From Myxococcota bacterium (GTDB lineage Bacteria; Myxococcota_A; Polyangia; Nannocystales; Nannocystaceae), in contig JBCCHT010000029.1 of NCBI GenBank assembly GCA_039028615.1, positions 64,001-128,000 on the forward strand: DNA of 64,000 nt, in the 5' to 3' direction. This document shows positions 1-11,814 of the stretch, one piece after another; within the stretch, counting starts at the first letter, position 1; every line of letters starts with the position of its first letter. The notes under the pieces are model-generated. The model was not told the origin of the DNA. It saw nothing but the letters and a program-made list of their open reading frames with translations, and did not search any database. Position numbers and translations under genes: made by a program.

Positions 1-995
1 CCCGTGGTCACCCCGGACTCCAGTCCACCCATGACCCCGGCCAGCGCCACCGGCTCTTGGGCGTCGGCGATGACGAGGTCCTCGTCGCGCAGCTCGATGC
101 TCTGCTCGTCGAGCGTGGTCATCGGCTCGGCCGCCTTGGCCAAGCGCACCACCACGCGCCCCTCGGCCAGCTTGCCGCGATCGAAGGCATGCAGCGGCTG
201 GCCCCACTCCATGAGCACGAGGTTGGTGATGTCGACGACGTTGTTGATCGCGCGCAGCCCCAGCCGATGCAGTCGCACCCGGGTGGCCAGCGGCGACGCC
301 TTGACGTGGGCGCCCTCGAACGCGAAGCCGTAGTAACGACCGCAGCGCTCGGGGGCCTCGAGGGTCACCAAGTCGGGCAGCGGCGGGAGCTTGGGCTCGG
401 CCAGCGGCGGCACGGTGAGCATGCGCTGAAGCTTCACCGCCAGATCTCGAGCCACGCCCACGTGCCCCAAGGCATCGGGGCGATTGGGGGTGATCCCCAC
501 CTCGAACACGGTGTCGACGATGCCCGGGACGAGATCGACGAGGCGCTCGCCCGCGCTCCACTGGCTGGGCAACACGAGGATGCCGTCGTGGTCGGTGCCG
601 ATCTCCAGCTCCTGCTCGGAGCAGATCATTCCGTGGCTCTTCACGCCTCGGACCTCGCGGGCGGTGAGCGTCAGCCCGCCCGGCAGCGTGGCGCCGACAG
701 GAGCGAACGCCACCTTGCCGCCCGGCTCGGGCACGTTGGGCGCGCCGCAGACCACGGTGATGGTCTCTTTGCCGTCGAACAGCTCCACCACCCCGAGGCG
801 ATCCGCCTTGGGGTGCGGGGACTTCGAACGCACCTCGCCCACGATGATGACCTCGAGGCCCTCGCCGTAGCGGGTGGTCGCCTCGATCTCGAGACCGAGG
901 CTGGTGATCGCGTCGCCCAGCTCGTCGTCGCCGGGCAGGCTGCCGCCCTGCGGGTCGATGAGCAGTTCTTCCAACCAAGTGCGGGAGATCAGCAT
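1..995 (-). CDS. pheT: Phenylalanine--tRNA ligase beta subunit (5' part; runs off window start)
   Basis: Not in the ORF track. Manual translation from ATG at 995 gives MLISRTWLEELL...SLGLEIE...VGEVRSKSPHPKADRL...VVCGAPNV...GVKSHGMICSEQEL...ITPNRPDALGHVGVARDL. Overlaps the pheS stop. Confidence 0.97.
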   Translation of the reverse strand, partial: MLISRTWLEELLIDPQGGSLPGDDELGDAITSLGLEIEATTRYGEGLEVIIVGEVRSKSPHPKADRLGVVELFDGKETITVVCGAPNVPEPGGKVAFAPVGATLPGGLTLTAREVRGVKSHGMICSEQELEIGTDHDGILVLPSQWSAGERLVDLVPGIVDTVFEVGITPNRPDALGHVGVARDLAVKLQRMLTVPPLAEPKLPPLPDLVTLEAPERCGRYYGFAFEGAHVKASPLATRVRLHRLGLRAINNVVDITNLVLMEWGQPLHAFDRGKLAEGRVVVRLAKAAEPMTTLDEQSIELRDEDLVIADAQEPVALAGVMGGLESGVTT

Positions 996-2041
996 GGGAA
1001 CTGCTCCAGGAATCGAACGTCGCCCTCGAAGAGCAAGCGGAGGTCGGGCACGCCGTACAGCAACATGGCCATGCGATCGATGCCGAAGCCAAAGGCCCAG
1101 CCGGTGTAGACCTCGGGGTCGAGGTTCACCGCCTCGAGCACCGCGGGGTGGACCATGCCGGAGCCGCCCAGCTCGATCCAACCCACGCGCTGACAGACGC
1201 TGCAGCCGTCGCCGCCGCAGAACGGGCACTGCATGTCGAACTCGGCGCCCGGCTCGACGAAGGGGAAGAACGAGGGCCGCAGCCGCACCTGCAGCTCGGT
1301 GCCGAAGAAGGCGCTGACGAAGCGGTACAGCGTGGCCTTGAGGTCGGCCATGCCCACGCCCTTGTCGATGCACAGCCCCTCGATCTGATGGAACATCGGC
1401 GAGTGCGTCGCATCGTCGTCGCGCCGGAACACGGTGCCGGGAGCGACGAGGCGAACCGGCGGTCGCCGGGTGAGCATCGACCGGATCTGCACGGGCGACG
1501 TATGGGTGCGCAGGACCAGAGGATCCGCGTCGGAGCCCGGCCGACCCTTCGTGAAGAAGGTGTCCTGCATGTCGCGGGCGGGGTGCTCCGCCTGGATGTT
1601 GAGATCGTCGAAGTTGTACTTCTCGTGCTCGACGTGGGGACCGTCGACGATGTCGAAGCCCATCTGTCGGAACACCGCCTCGAGCCGACGCCGCGTGTGG
1701 GTGATGGGGTGCAGCGAGCCGCCCGATCGCCGCCGCGGCAGCATGGTGAGGTCCTCGCGCTGCGCCAACCGCTTGGCCCGATGCGCCTGCGCCAGCGCTT
1801 CACCGCGCGCCGCGAGCACGCCCTCGAGCGCGGTCTTGGTCTTGTTGTAGGCCTGGCCGAAGCTCTTGCGCTGCTCGGGCGCCAGCTTGCCCATGTGAGA
1901 CCGCATGCGGCTCACCAGGCCCTTCTTGCCGAGGTACTTCACCTGCACGGCGTACAGGGCGTCTTCGTCGGCGGCCTGCTCGACCTCCTGCCCGAAGGCA
2001 GCCTCGAGAGCACTCAACTCGTTTTGCGGATCGTCGCTCAC
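989..2041 (-). CDS. pheS: Phenylalanine--tRNA ligase alpha subunit
   Basis: GSLHP, HPARDMQDTF, LRTHTSPVQ, THSPMFHQIEG, FPFVEP and GWAFGFGIDR motifs; lies between rplT and pheT. Confidence 0.98.
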   Translation of the reverse strand: MSDDPQNELSALEAAFGQEVEQAADEDALYAVQVKYLGKKGLVSRMRSHMGKLAPEQRKSFGQAYNKTKTALEGVLAARGEALAQAHRAKRLAQREDLTMLPRRRSGGSLHPITHTRRRLEAVFRQMGFDIVDGPHVEHEKYNFDDLNIQAEHPARDMQDTFFTKGRPGSDADPLVLRTHTSPVQIRSMLTRRPPVRLVAPGTVFRRDDDATHSPMFHQIEGLCIDKGVGMADLKATLYRFVSAFFGTELQVRLRPSFFPFVEPGAEFDMQCPFCGGDGCSVCQRVGWIELGGSGMVHPAVLEAVNLDPEVYTGWAFGFGIDRMAMLLYGVPDLRLLFEGDVRFLEQFPC

Positions 2042-2100
2042 GGTCCTCGTGTTCGTCCTTGCGCCGGACGATACCGCGGGCCGCAGAGACCCGCACGCAA

Positions 2101-2134
2101 CGAACCCGCGACGGCAGTCACCATCGCGGGTTCG
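2101..2134 (-). terminator. Strong hairpin between rplT and pheS (candidate terminator or processing stem)
   Basis: On the minus strand CGAACCCGCGATGG-TGACTG-CCGTCGCGGGTTCG, a 14-bp stem with one G-U pair; only a weak U tail follows. Confidence 0.5.
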
Positions 2135-2194
2135 GTTGTTGGGTGAAGCACCCCGAGGGGTGCACCCGGGCTCGGCTCGATGCCGCGGCCTCGG

Positions 2195-2554
2195 TCAGGC
2201 TGCGATGGCAGCCTTGGCCGATGCAACGACCTGGCTGAACGCCTCGGGATCGGTGATCGCCAGCTCGGCGAGCGCCCGACGGTCGAGCTCGATGCCCGAC
2301 TGGTTCAGGCCGTGGATGAAGCGGCTGTAGTTGAGCCCATGGGGCCGGGTCGCGGCGTTGATGCGCACGATCCAGAGCCGACGCATGGTCCGCTTCTTGA
2401 GCTTGCGACCGGTGTACGCGTGGATCCAGGCGTGGTGCACCGCTTCTACGGCGCGACGCCAGATCTTGCGGCGACCCGAGCGGAAGCCGCTGGCAGCCTT
2501 GAGAATACGGTTACGGCGACGCCGCGCCTTGACCCCTCTTTTTGCGCGAGGCAT
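2195..2554 (-). CDS. rplT: 50S ribosomal protein L20
   Basis: MPRAKRG...[11 protein letters not shown]...YSRFIHGL...[12 protein letters not shown]; 119 aa. Confidence 0.98.
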   Translation of the reverse strand: MPRAKRGVKARRRRNRILKAASGFRSGRRKIWRRAVEAVHHAWIHAYTGRKLKKRTMRRLWIVRINAATRPHGLNYSRFIHGLNQSGIELDRRALAELAITDPEAFSQVVASAKAAIAA

Positions 2555-2557
2555 GGC

Positions 2558-2761
2558 TCACTTCCTTCCGTAGGGCAGCAAGGCGTCGATCCGAACCTGG
2601 TCGGGCTCGGAGACGACCGTCGTGCCACGCAGGCGACGAACGCGATCGGCGTTCTTCTTGGTCAGGATGTGGTTTTTGTGGCTGTGCTTGCGCTTGGCCT
2701 TGCCGGTTGCGGTGAACCGGAAGCGCTTCTTGGCGCCACTATGAGACTTCATCTTCGGCAT
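2558..2761 (-). CDS. rpmI: 50S ribosomal protein L35
   Basis: [21 protein letters not shown]...HILTKK...LLPY; lies between infC and rplT. Confidence 0.98.
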   Translation of the reverse strand: MPKMKSHSGAKKRFRFTATGKAKRKHSHKNHILTKKNADRVRRLRGTTVVSEPDQVRIDALLPYGRK

Positions 2762-2866
2762 GCGCTGAACCCGTGAAGGGCGCGCGGTATAACCCGCTTC
2801 GACGTCGAGGGCAAGCCCATCGACGCCGAGAGACCTCGACCGCTGTCGGTCGAAGTATGCGAGTGG

Positions 2867-3577
2867 TCACGCGCTGGGTGGAGGATCGCCTGCGTTCTGC
2901 GCTGGCGACGCTTTGTTTTCGGCCGGAGCGGCCTTCTGAGTCGGTGCGTCTGCCGGTTTGGCGGACGCGGCTTCGCCGGGAGGAGGTCCCCCGGGCTGGG
3001 GCTTGCGCTGGGGCCGCGGCTTCGGCTGCTTGCCGGGCTTGGGTGCCAGCACCATGTTCATTCGGTTGCCTTCCATCTGAGCCAGCTGGATCACCGAGGC
3101 GATGTCCGCCGCGCCCTTGCACACGCGGTCGAGAATGTCTCGGCCGGTCTCGGGATGGATGACTTCACGCCCACGAAACTGAACGACGAGTTTGACCTTG
3201 TCGCCCTCTTCGATGAAGCGCCGCACGTGTCGAAGCTTGAACTCGAAGTCGTGTCCGTGCGTCTTGGGACGGAACTTGACCTCTTTGAGCTCGACCTTGT
3301 TTTGGTGCTTCTTGGCCTCGCGCTCGCGCTTGGCCGTTTCGTACTTGTACCGGCCGTAGTCGAGGATCTTGCAGACCGGAGGCGTTGCTTTGGGGTTGAC
3401 CTCGACCAATTGCAATCCCGCTTCGGCGGCGATGTCCATGGCTTCGGAGGTGGGCAGGATGCCCCGTTGCTCGCCCTCGTGATCGATCAGTCGTACTTCG
3501 CGCGCACGAATGCGTCGACCCACCCGATGTTGCTCGGAGGGGCGGCGGTGTTGGGGTCTTGAGCTTCTGCGGCCTAT
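2867..3577 (-). CDS. infC: Translation initiation factor IF-3 with C-terminal extension; probable non-canonical ATA start
   Basis: IRAREVRLID, LVEV...PPVCKILDYGRYKYE, KEVKFRP and GDKVK...FRGRE motifs. The frame stays open upstream of the track's GTG (3523) to ATA at 3577, which has GGAG 8 nt upstream. Confidence 0.95.
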   Translation of the reverse strand: MGRRSSRPQHRRPSEQHRVGRRIRAREVRLIDHEGEQRGILPTSEAMDIAAEAGLQLVEVNPKATPPVCKILDYGRYKYETAKREREAKKHQNKVELKEVKFRPKTHGHDFEFKLRHVRRFIEEGDKVKLVVQFRGREVIHPETGRDILDRVCKGAADIASVIQLAQMEGNRMNMVLAPKPGKQPKPRPQRKPQPGGPPPGEAASAKPADAPTQKAAPAENKASPAQNAGDPPPSA

Positions 3578-3755
3578 CGTTCGAACTCCGGTAAAAGAAT
3601 GCTTCGCGCTTCGGTGAGAAGGTAGTCCGTCGGCGTGCGACGAGCTGGAAGAAAAAATCCAGCGACCGCGAACGCGATGCCCTCGGAGCTTCCCGGTTTT
3701 GCGTGGCCGCCGTCAAGTTGAACCGGCGATTGCCTCGTGCGGTACACCAGGCAGC

Positions 3756-3796
3756 AAAACACACGACCCCGGGCACCTGAGGCGACCGGGGTCGTG
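3756..3796 (-). terminator. Intrinsic terminator downstream of tRNA-Val
   Basis: CACGACCCCGG (3762-3772) / CCGGGGTCGTG (3786-3796) inverted repeat, followed by TGTTTT on the minus strand. Confidence 0.75.
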
Positions 3797-3801
3797 ATTC
3801 G

Positions 3802-3873
3802 TAGGGCTGGGCGGTTTCGAACCGCCGACCTCTACCGTGTCAAGGTAGCGCTCTACCCCTGAGCTACAGCCCT
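3802..3873 (-). tRNA. tRNA-Val (GAC), CCA not encoded
   Basis: Cloverleaf: acceptor AGGGCTG/CAGCCCT, D arm GCTC/GAGC, anticodon arm CTACC-TTGACAC-GGTAG, T arm GGCGG-TTCGAAA-CCGCC. Discriminator A is followed by CGA. Confidence 0.97.
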
Positions 3874-3948
3874 TCGGGAGCACCGCGGCGAACCCGAAGG
3901 CCACCAATCTCGGCGCAGGCGGGCGTTTAGCGCGGGGGGCGAACCCCG

Positions 3949-5850
3949 TCAAGGGGAAAAACGGGGGAAGGACGACGAAGCCCCAGGGCCGTCGGCGTCG
4001 TCATCGCCCGTATAGAGGCCCTCGAGAACCTGGGCGTAGCGCTGCGAGACCACCGAACGCTTCACTTTACGGGTCGGAGTGAGCTCCCCGGTCGCTTCGG
4101 TGAACGGCTCGGGGACGATGTGAAACTTACGCACTCGCTCGTGTCGCGAGAGCCCGTCGTTCACCTCGTCGATGTGCGCCTGAACGATCTGGCGGATCCG
4201 CGGGTGTACCGCGAGATCGGCGTAGCGGGTGCATCCGAGGCCTTCGCGGTCGGATCGCTCGAGCAAGATCTCCGCGTCGAGGCTGATGAGCGCCACCACG
4301 AAGGGGCGCGCGTCACCACACACGGTGGCGTAGCCGATCCCGTGCCCCAGGCGCAGTCGCTTCTCGAGCATGACCGGCGCCACGTACTTGCCGGTCGAGG
4401 TCTTGAGCAGGTCTTTTTTGCGGTCGGTGATCCGAAGGAAGCCGTCGTGGATCTCCCCGACGTCCCCCGTGTGAAACCAGCCCTCGTCGTCGATGGCGGC
4501 GGCGCTCTGCTCGGGCTGGCCGTGGTAGCGGCTCATCACGCTGGGCGCGCGGATGAGGATCTCGCCATCGTCGGCCAGGCGGGTCTCGCAACCGGGCAAG
4601 GCCGGGCCCACCGTGCCGAAGCGGAAGCGATCGGGCCGGTTCACGTGGGTCGCCCCCGAGGTCTCGGACAGGCCGTAGCCCTCCAAGATCAGCAGCCCAG
4701 TGGCGTGGAACAGCTCGGCGACCTCTTTGGGGAGCGGGGCTCCGCCGGACACGAAGAAGCGGATGCGGCCGCCGAACAGCTCGCGGACCCGATTCAAGAC
4801 GGCCCGCTCCGCCACCGCCAGCTTCAGTGCCAATGCGGTTGGCAGGGGCTCGCCGCGCTGGCGCAGGAAGCTGGCCTGACGTCCGACCTCCATGGCGCGA
4901 TCGAACACCGCGCGCCCCACCCCACCCCGCTCGCTGGCGTCGTGCTTGATACGGGCATAGGCCTTCTCGAACATCCGGGGCACCGCGGCCACGAAGGTCG
5001 GGGCGATCTCCAGGAAGTTGGCGTAGATCCGGCTCTCGTTCTCGACGAACGCACTGACCGCGCCCTGCTCCACCGTGGCCCAGACCAGGTGTCGGGCAAA
5101 GATGTGGGCCAGCGGCAGCACCAGCAGCTGCTCGTCGGTGTGATTGACCGGAACGACGTTCTTGATCGCCCAGGCCTCGTAGACGAGGTTGCGGTGGGTC
5201 AGCACCGCGCCCTTGGCCTCTCCCGTGGCGCCCGAGGTGTAGACGTAGGTCAGCTCGTCGTCGGGCCCGAGCGAGCGGGCCAGCGCGTCGAGCTGCTCGC
5301 CCACGGAGCCTTCGTCGAGCGCCGCTTGGCCGGCCTCGGTGATCGCGTCCCAGCCATGCACCTGAAAGCCCGCGTCGTCGGGGGCCGGCAGGCTGTGGTC
5401 GTTCATCACGATCACGTGCTTCAGGCGGGCCGGACGGGACTTCGCGAGCATGGCCAGCGAGGCCGCGTCCTCCACCACGATGGTGGTGGCCCCGCTGTCG
5501 TCGACGATGGCCTGCACCTGGTCGGGGGCCAAGCTCGGGTAGATCGGGACCGAAACGGCCCCCGTCATGGCGATCGCGAGGTCGGCCAGGACCCAGCGGG
5601 GCCGCGTGCGGGCCAAGATGGCGACCCGTTGCCCGCGGGTCACGGGCAGAGCACACAAACCCGCCGCCAGGGCCCGCGAGGACTCTTGCCAGCGCCCCCA
5701 GGACATCGTCCGCCAGACCCCCTGCTGCTTGAACCGAAGCGCGGGCTGCTGGGCCGATCGCCGCACCCGAGCGTCGAACATGGCAATGACGTTGCGGTGC
5801 GCGAGGCCCTCGGTGGGGCGCGGAACGAAGTCCGACGGCGGATCGTACAT
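3949..5850 (-). CDS. Long-chain fatty-acid--CoA ligase (AMP-dependent synthetase)
   Basis: YTSGATGEAKG, LPLAHIF, EGYGLSET, GWFHTGDVG, ITDRKKDL and GELTPTRKVKR motifs. Start placed at ATG 5850 (uncertain). Confidence 0.92.
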   Translation of the reverse strand: MYDPPSDFVPRPTEGLAHRNVIAMFDARVRRSAQQPALRFKQQGVWRTMSWGRWQESSRALAAGLCALPVTRGQRVAILARTRPRWVLADLAIAMTGAVSVPIYPSLAPDQVQAIVDDSGATTIVVEDAASLAMLAKSRPARLKHVIVMNDHSLPAPDDAGFQVHGWDAITEAGQAALDEGSVGEQLDALARSLGPDDELTYVYTSGATGEAKGAVLTHRNLVYEAWAIKNVVPVNHTDEQLLVLPLAHIFARHLVWATVEQGAVSAFVENESRIYANFLEIAPTFVAAVPRMFEKAYARIKHDASERGGVGRAVFDRAMEVGRQASFLRQRGEPLPTALALKLAVAERAVLNRVRELFGGRIRFFVSGGAPLPKEVAELFHATGLLILEGYGLSETSGATHVNRPDRFRFGTVGPALPGCETRLADDGEILIRAPSVMSRYHGQPEQSAAAIDDEGWFHTGDVGEIHDGFLRITDRKKDLLKTSTGKYVAPVMLEKRLRLGHGIGYATVCGDARPFVVALISLDAEILLERSDREGLGCTRYADLAVHPRIRQIVQAHIDEVNDGLSRHERVRKFHIVPEPFTEATGELTPTRKVKRSVVSQRYAQVLEGLYTGDDDADGPGASSSFPRFSP

Positions 5851-6099
5851 GGGCAGGTCAGATCGCTTTACCACACTGCGAGCGCAGCTCGCGAGCGGTC
5901 CCCCGACACCTGCGTCGATGACGCCCGGGACCAGGTGCACACACGAGCACACGCAGGTAGACTGCGACCGCTTTCACCGTGATGCCGAAGTTAGGTATGC
6001 GGGGCTTTGGCTTTCATGCGACGAAACGGAACCGGAAACGTAGGCGTGCCCGTTGAGCACACCTGACCCGACTCGGAAGCGCGTGGGAGGAACGCGTCC

Positions 6100-8019
6100 G
6101 TGCCCAGCCTAGCCGGCAGCCAGATCGACAAGTACGACATGATCGAGGAAGTCGGTCACGGCGGGATGGCCGTGGTCTACCGAGGTCTCGATCGCGTGCT
6201 CAAGCGAGAGGTCGCGGTGAAGGTGTTGCACCCCCACCTGGCCGACCGCGAAGAGTCTCGGTTGCGCCTGCAGCGCGAAGCCATCGCCGTCGCCAAGCTT
6301 CGCCACGAGAACATCCTCGAGATCTTCGACTACTCCGGGCCCGAGGCGGCGGAGAGCTACATCGTCACCGAGTTCATCCACGGGATGACGCTCAAGGAGT
6401 GGGTCGACGACAAGCTCGACCCCCGCCCCGCCGTGGCCGCGATGATCGTCCATCGGCTGTGCCTGGCGCTCCAGCATGCGCATCGCGGCGGCATCGTGCA
6501 CCGCGACATCAAGCCCGAGAACGTCATGATCCGGGACGACGGCGTGCTGAAGCTGATGGACTTCGGCATCGCCCAGATCATCGACAACCAAAAGCTCACG
6601 CTCACCGGGCAGCTCATCGGCAGCCCCGCCTATATGGCGCCCGAGCTCATCAGCGGGCGGCCCCTCGATCAGCGGACCGACCTGTTTTCGCTGGGCATCC
6701 TGCTCTACCAGATCGCCACCGGGCGCCTGCCCTTCACCGGGCGCAACCCTCACGAGGTGCTCAATCGCATCGCCGACGGCGACTACCCGCCCGCGGCATC
6801 GATCTGTCCGCTGGTCGATCGGGAGCTCGAAGACATCATCGCGCTGGCGCTGGCCAGCGATGCCGACGAGCGCTACCAGAGCGTCGAGACCTTCGGCCAA
6901 GACCTGGCCCGCTACCTCGAAGAGGTCGGGGTCGAGCCCAACAACGAAGAGCTCGGCCTGTACTTCACCAAGCCCGCGCGCTACGTCGAACAGCTCGACG
7001 AGCGGGTCTGCGAGACCCTGACCGAGCGCGCCAAGCAGGCCGCCCACGACGGCGAGACGGCCCGGGCAATTCGGCTGCTGGGGCGCGTGCTGGAGATCGA
7101 TGCCAGCCACGCGGGAGCCGTGGCCCTGCTCCAGAAACTGCGGCTACGGGAGCGTCGGAACCGGCGATTGGTGATGATCGCCGCGGCCCTCATCACCGCG
7201 GGCATCATCCTCACCATCGTCCGCTTCCTGCCCTCCAACTCGGCCCTCGACGAGGGATTGGCGGCCGCTCCCCATGCGTCGAGTCTCGACCGGGTGGAGT
7301 CCGAGCCGTCGGCGGTCGACGGCAGCACCGGGCCGGGGCCCAAGCCCCTGCCCGCGGTCGTGCCCGACGACGCGGGCGGCAGCACGAGCGGGGGGGCACC
7401 GTCCGAGGCGGAGTCCGGGCCCGAGCCGAGCACCGTGACCGAGTCCGACGGTAGTGCCGAGCCGACCGTGGCGTTCCGTCCCGGCGAGCGGCTGCGTCGG
7501 CCCAAGCACGGTGGCCCGTCCACGCCACGGGTCCCCGTCACTACGCCGTGCAAGGTCTCCTTCTCCGGGATCCCGTTGCCCACCGCGAAGAACCTCTCGT
7601 TCTTCCTCGACGACCAGGTGCAACCGATCAAGGCGATGACCATGGACGTGGAGTTCCCCGACACCGCGTCGCAGCTGCAGATCAAAGACACGCGCTACGT
7701 GGCGAGCCGCAAGCTGACCCGCGCACAATGCGAAGTGGGGCCGGTCGACGTCCAGATTCGGGCCCGAGCTGCCCGGGTCAAGTTCCCCGGGCTCGCCTCG
7801 GACGTGGTGGTCATTTGCAAGACCGGGTGCCGCGAAAAAGTGCTGGGGGTCAACCAGACGGCGGGGAACTTCCGCGCCGTGCCGATCCCGAAGGGCGCCG
7901 TGGAGCACACGGTTTCACTCCTGTTCAAGCACGAGCAGTACGAGCAAAAGAGCCTCGACGTCGACCTGCGGCCGGGTCCCAACGAGGTTCGGGTGGCGCT
8001 CGTGCCTCGCGGCCGGTGA
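6100..8019 (+). CDS. Membrane-anchored Ser/Thr protein kinase with TPR-like segment and extracytoplasmic tail
   Basis: GHGGMAVVY, VAVK, HRDIKPEN, DFG and GSPAYMAPE motifs; TM helix LVMIAAALITAGIILTIV; Pro/Ser linker and beta-rich C-terminal region. Confidence 0.95.
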   Translation: MPSLAGSQIDKYDMIEEVGHGGMAVVYRGLDRVLKREVAVKVLHPHLADREESRLRLQREAIAVAKLRHENILEIFDYSGPEAAESYIVTEFIHGMTLKEWVDDKLDPRPAVAAMIVHRLCLALQHAHRGGIVHRDIKPENVMIRDDGVLKLMDFGIAQIIDNQKLTLTGQLIGSPAYMAPELISGRPLDQRTDLFSLGILLYQIATGRLPFTGRNPHEVLNRIADGDYPPAASICPLVDRELEDIIALALASDADERYQSVETFGQDLARYLEEVGVEPNNEELGLYFTKPARYVEQLDERVCETLTERAKQAAHDGETARAIRLLGRVLEIDASHAGAVALLQKLRLRERRNRRLVMIAAALITAGIILTIVRFLPSNSALDEGLAAAPHASSLDRVESEPSAVDGSTGPGPKPLPAVVPDDAGGSTSGGAPSEAESGPEPSTVTESDGSAEPTVAFRPGERLRRPKHGGPSTPRVPVTTPCKVSFSGIPLPTAKNLSFFLDDQVQPIKAMTMDVEFPDTASQLQIKDTRYVASRKLTRAQCEVGPVDVQIRARAARVKFPGLASDVVVICKTGCREKVLGVNQTAGNFRAVPIPKGAVEHTVSLLFKHEQYEQKSLDVDLRPGPNEVRVALVPRGR

Positions 8020-8086
8020 CCGCCTGCATTCGGTCCCCGCGGTTCCCTCTCCAGCGGGATCCGCGGTAGGCTCTGCCTCCGCCGCG

Positions 8087-9148
8087 ATGCGCCCCCTGCT
8101 CGCTACCATCGTTTGCGCCAGCCTGACCTTCGGGGTCATTCCGACGCAGGCCCGGGCCCACGCCCAAACGACCGCCCCGCCCGCTCCCGCTCCGGCGTCC
8201 GCGACCGACGAAGAGGCCGTCGAGCAGGCCCAAGCGGCATGGAGCCGCGGGGGCTGGGCCGAGGTGCGCTCGATTCTGGAGCCCGTGGCCGACGACACCG
8301 AGCGGCTGACCGACGCCCGCATGCGGGAAAAGGCGCTGTGTCTGCTCGCGGACGCGACCGTCAACGACCCCGAACTCGACGTCGAGATGCGGCGCCAGGA
8401 TGCCTCGCAATATCTCGAGCGCCTGCTCGACGCCGACCCCAGCTGGCGACTGCCGCCCGCGATCTACAGCCCTGAACTGTTCGAGCTGTTCGCCGACGTC
8501 CAAGATCAGCGCAGCGAGCAAAAGAGCATGCAGTGCGACGCCGATCGCAACGCGTGCAAAGCCGACCTTGCCGAGGCCAACGCCTCCATCGACCAGTGGC
8601 GCGCCGACTACGAGACCCTCGAGCAAAAGTACGAGGACCAAGAGATCGAGGTCCGGGACCGCGTGGCCCGCACGCGCATCTTCGCCGCGTTCCCGGCCGG
8701 GATCGGGCATTTCTACAACGGCGAGCCCGGCCTCGGCGCGACGTTCCTCGCCACCGAGGCGGTGCTCGGCCTGACCGGTCTCACCCTCATCCTGTACCGG
8801 AACATCGCCGACGGCTGTCAGCGGGACCAAGGCTTTCAGCGGGGTTCGCTGGTGTGCTCCAACCGCGATCTCGACGGTATCGTCCGGCGGCGGAAAGTCG
8901 AGGAGGCGATGGGCTGGATGTTCCTCGGCTCGATTGCGCTCGACATTCTCATCGCCCAGCTCCGCTTCCGGCCCTACACTTTGACGGGTAAAGAACGCGT
9001 GCCTCGGCGCGAGCTGGACGCTCAGACCGGGAACACCGAGGAGCGCAGCCGCCGTCGCAAACGCAAGGCCAAGCCGCGTGCTAAGGTCCGCCCGACGGGT
9101 GGCGGGGGTCCCCGTGGCGTCGGCCTCGGCATTTCCGTCCGTTTTTGA
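8087..9148 (+). CDS. Secreted/envelope protein with TPR-like N-terminus, coiled coil and hydrophobic segment
   Basis: Signal peptide ending in AHA; helical LERLLDADPSWRLPPAIYSPELFELF; PAGIGHFYNG followed by a hydrophobic stretch; ends GVGLGISVRF (terminal Phe). Confidence 0.8.
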   Translation: MRPLLATIVCASLTFGVIPTQARAHAQTTAPPAPAPASATDEEAVEQAQAAWSRGGWAEVRSILEPVADDTERLTDARMREKALCLLADATVNDPELDVEMRRQDASQYLERLLDADPSWRLPPAIYSPELFELFADVQDQRSEQKSMQCDADRNACKADLAEANASIDQWRADYETLEQKYEDQEIEVRDRVARTRIFAAFPAGIGHFYNGEPGLGATFLATEAVLGLTGLTLILYRNIADGCQRDQGFQRGSLVCSNRDLDGIVRRRKVEEAMGWMFLGSIALDILIAQLRFRPYTLTGKERVPRRELDAQTGNTEERSRRRKRKAKPRAKVRPTGGGGPRGVGLGISVRF

Positions 9149-9151
9149 CGC

Positions 9152-11001
<1,850 letters not shown>

Positions 11002-11005
<4 letters not shown>

Positions 11006-11814
11006 GCCCCCGGCCGCGCCTGCGCTCACGCCTGGCCGCCGTGCTCATTTGCGGTGCTGCGCTCGGCGGCACCGATTGCATCATCCCCGACGCGGGGATC
11101 ATCGTCGAAGACGAGTTCCTCAACGCCGGAGCGGTTCGCATCGTCGAGCCCACGCCGGTCACCATTCGGGCCGACGAAGACTGCGACGAGCTGACGACCC
11201 TCGGCGGTTGCCCGCGCGTGCCCGACACGCTGCCCTCCGGGCTCATTCGCACCGACTCCCCCCTGTGTGTGTGCCCGGGCGCCGACCAAGGCCTCGGTGA
11301 GTTCGACATCTACGTCGAAGACCCCGATGTCGACGAGGACGGCGATCCGCGGGACGACATCCTGGGCGCGCTGTTCCTCGACATGCCGTCCACGGCCAGC
11401 GACCCCAGCCTCTTCTTGGCGTACACCGGTCTGCTGGCGCCCGACGAGCCCGCCACGCGGTTTCGGGCCAGCGACGTCCAGACCATCGAGCGGCCCGACC
11501 CCCACCTCAAGGCGTGGACGCTGGCCGGGCAGCCGCGGGTCGACCTGTGCAACGACAACGACGGCATCCAGATCCCGCCGGGCCTGCACGTGCTCCGCCT
11601 GATCGTTACCGATCGCCCCTGGTACACGCCGGTCCTGCGCGATGCCGACGGCATGGTCATCGAGGATGAAGACGGCGAAGTGGTGCTGGGCGACCCGGTG
11701 GTCGGCATGCCCGATCTGGCCGGTGGGGCCAGCTACGACACCCGCAGCTACGTGTTCGAGTGCCTCGACTCCAGCGATCCGGTGGCGGGAAGTGGGTGCA
11801 ACTGTGAGTCGTAG
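11002..11814 (+). CDS. Cys-containing lipoprotein of unknown function (paralog 1)
   Basis: GTG start overlaps the upstream TGA; basic-hydrophobic signal ending GGTD-C; clear paralog of the next gene. This is the 3' part of track ORF 10075..11814. Confidence 0.85.

Noticed and set aside
57..1109. 350-aa plus-strand ORF
   Set aside because: Antisense shadow of pheT/pheS; the minus strand carries the recognisable motifs.
2042..2194. pheM-like leader peptide attenuator before pheS
   Set aside because: Hairpins are present but no Phe-rich short ORF was found.
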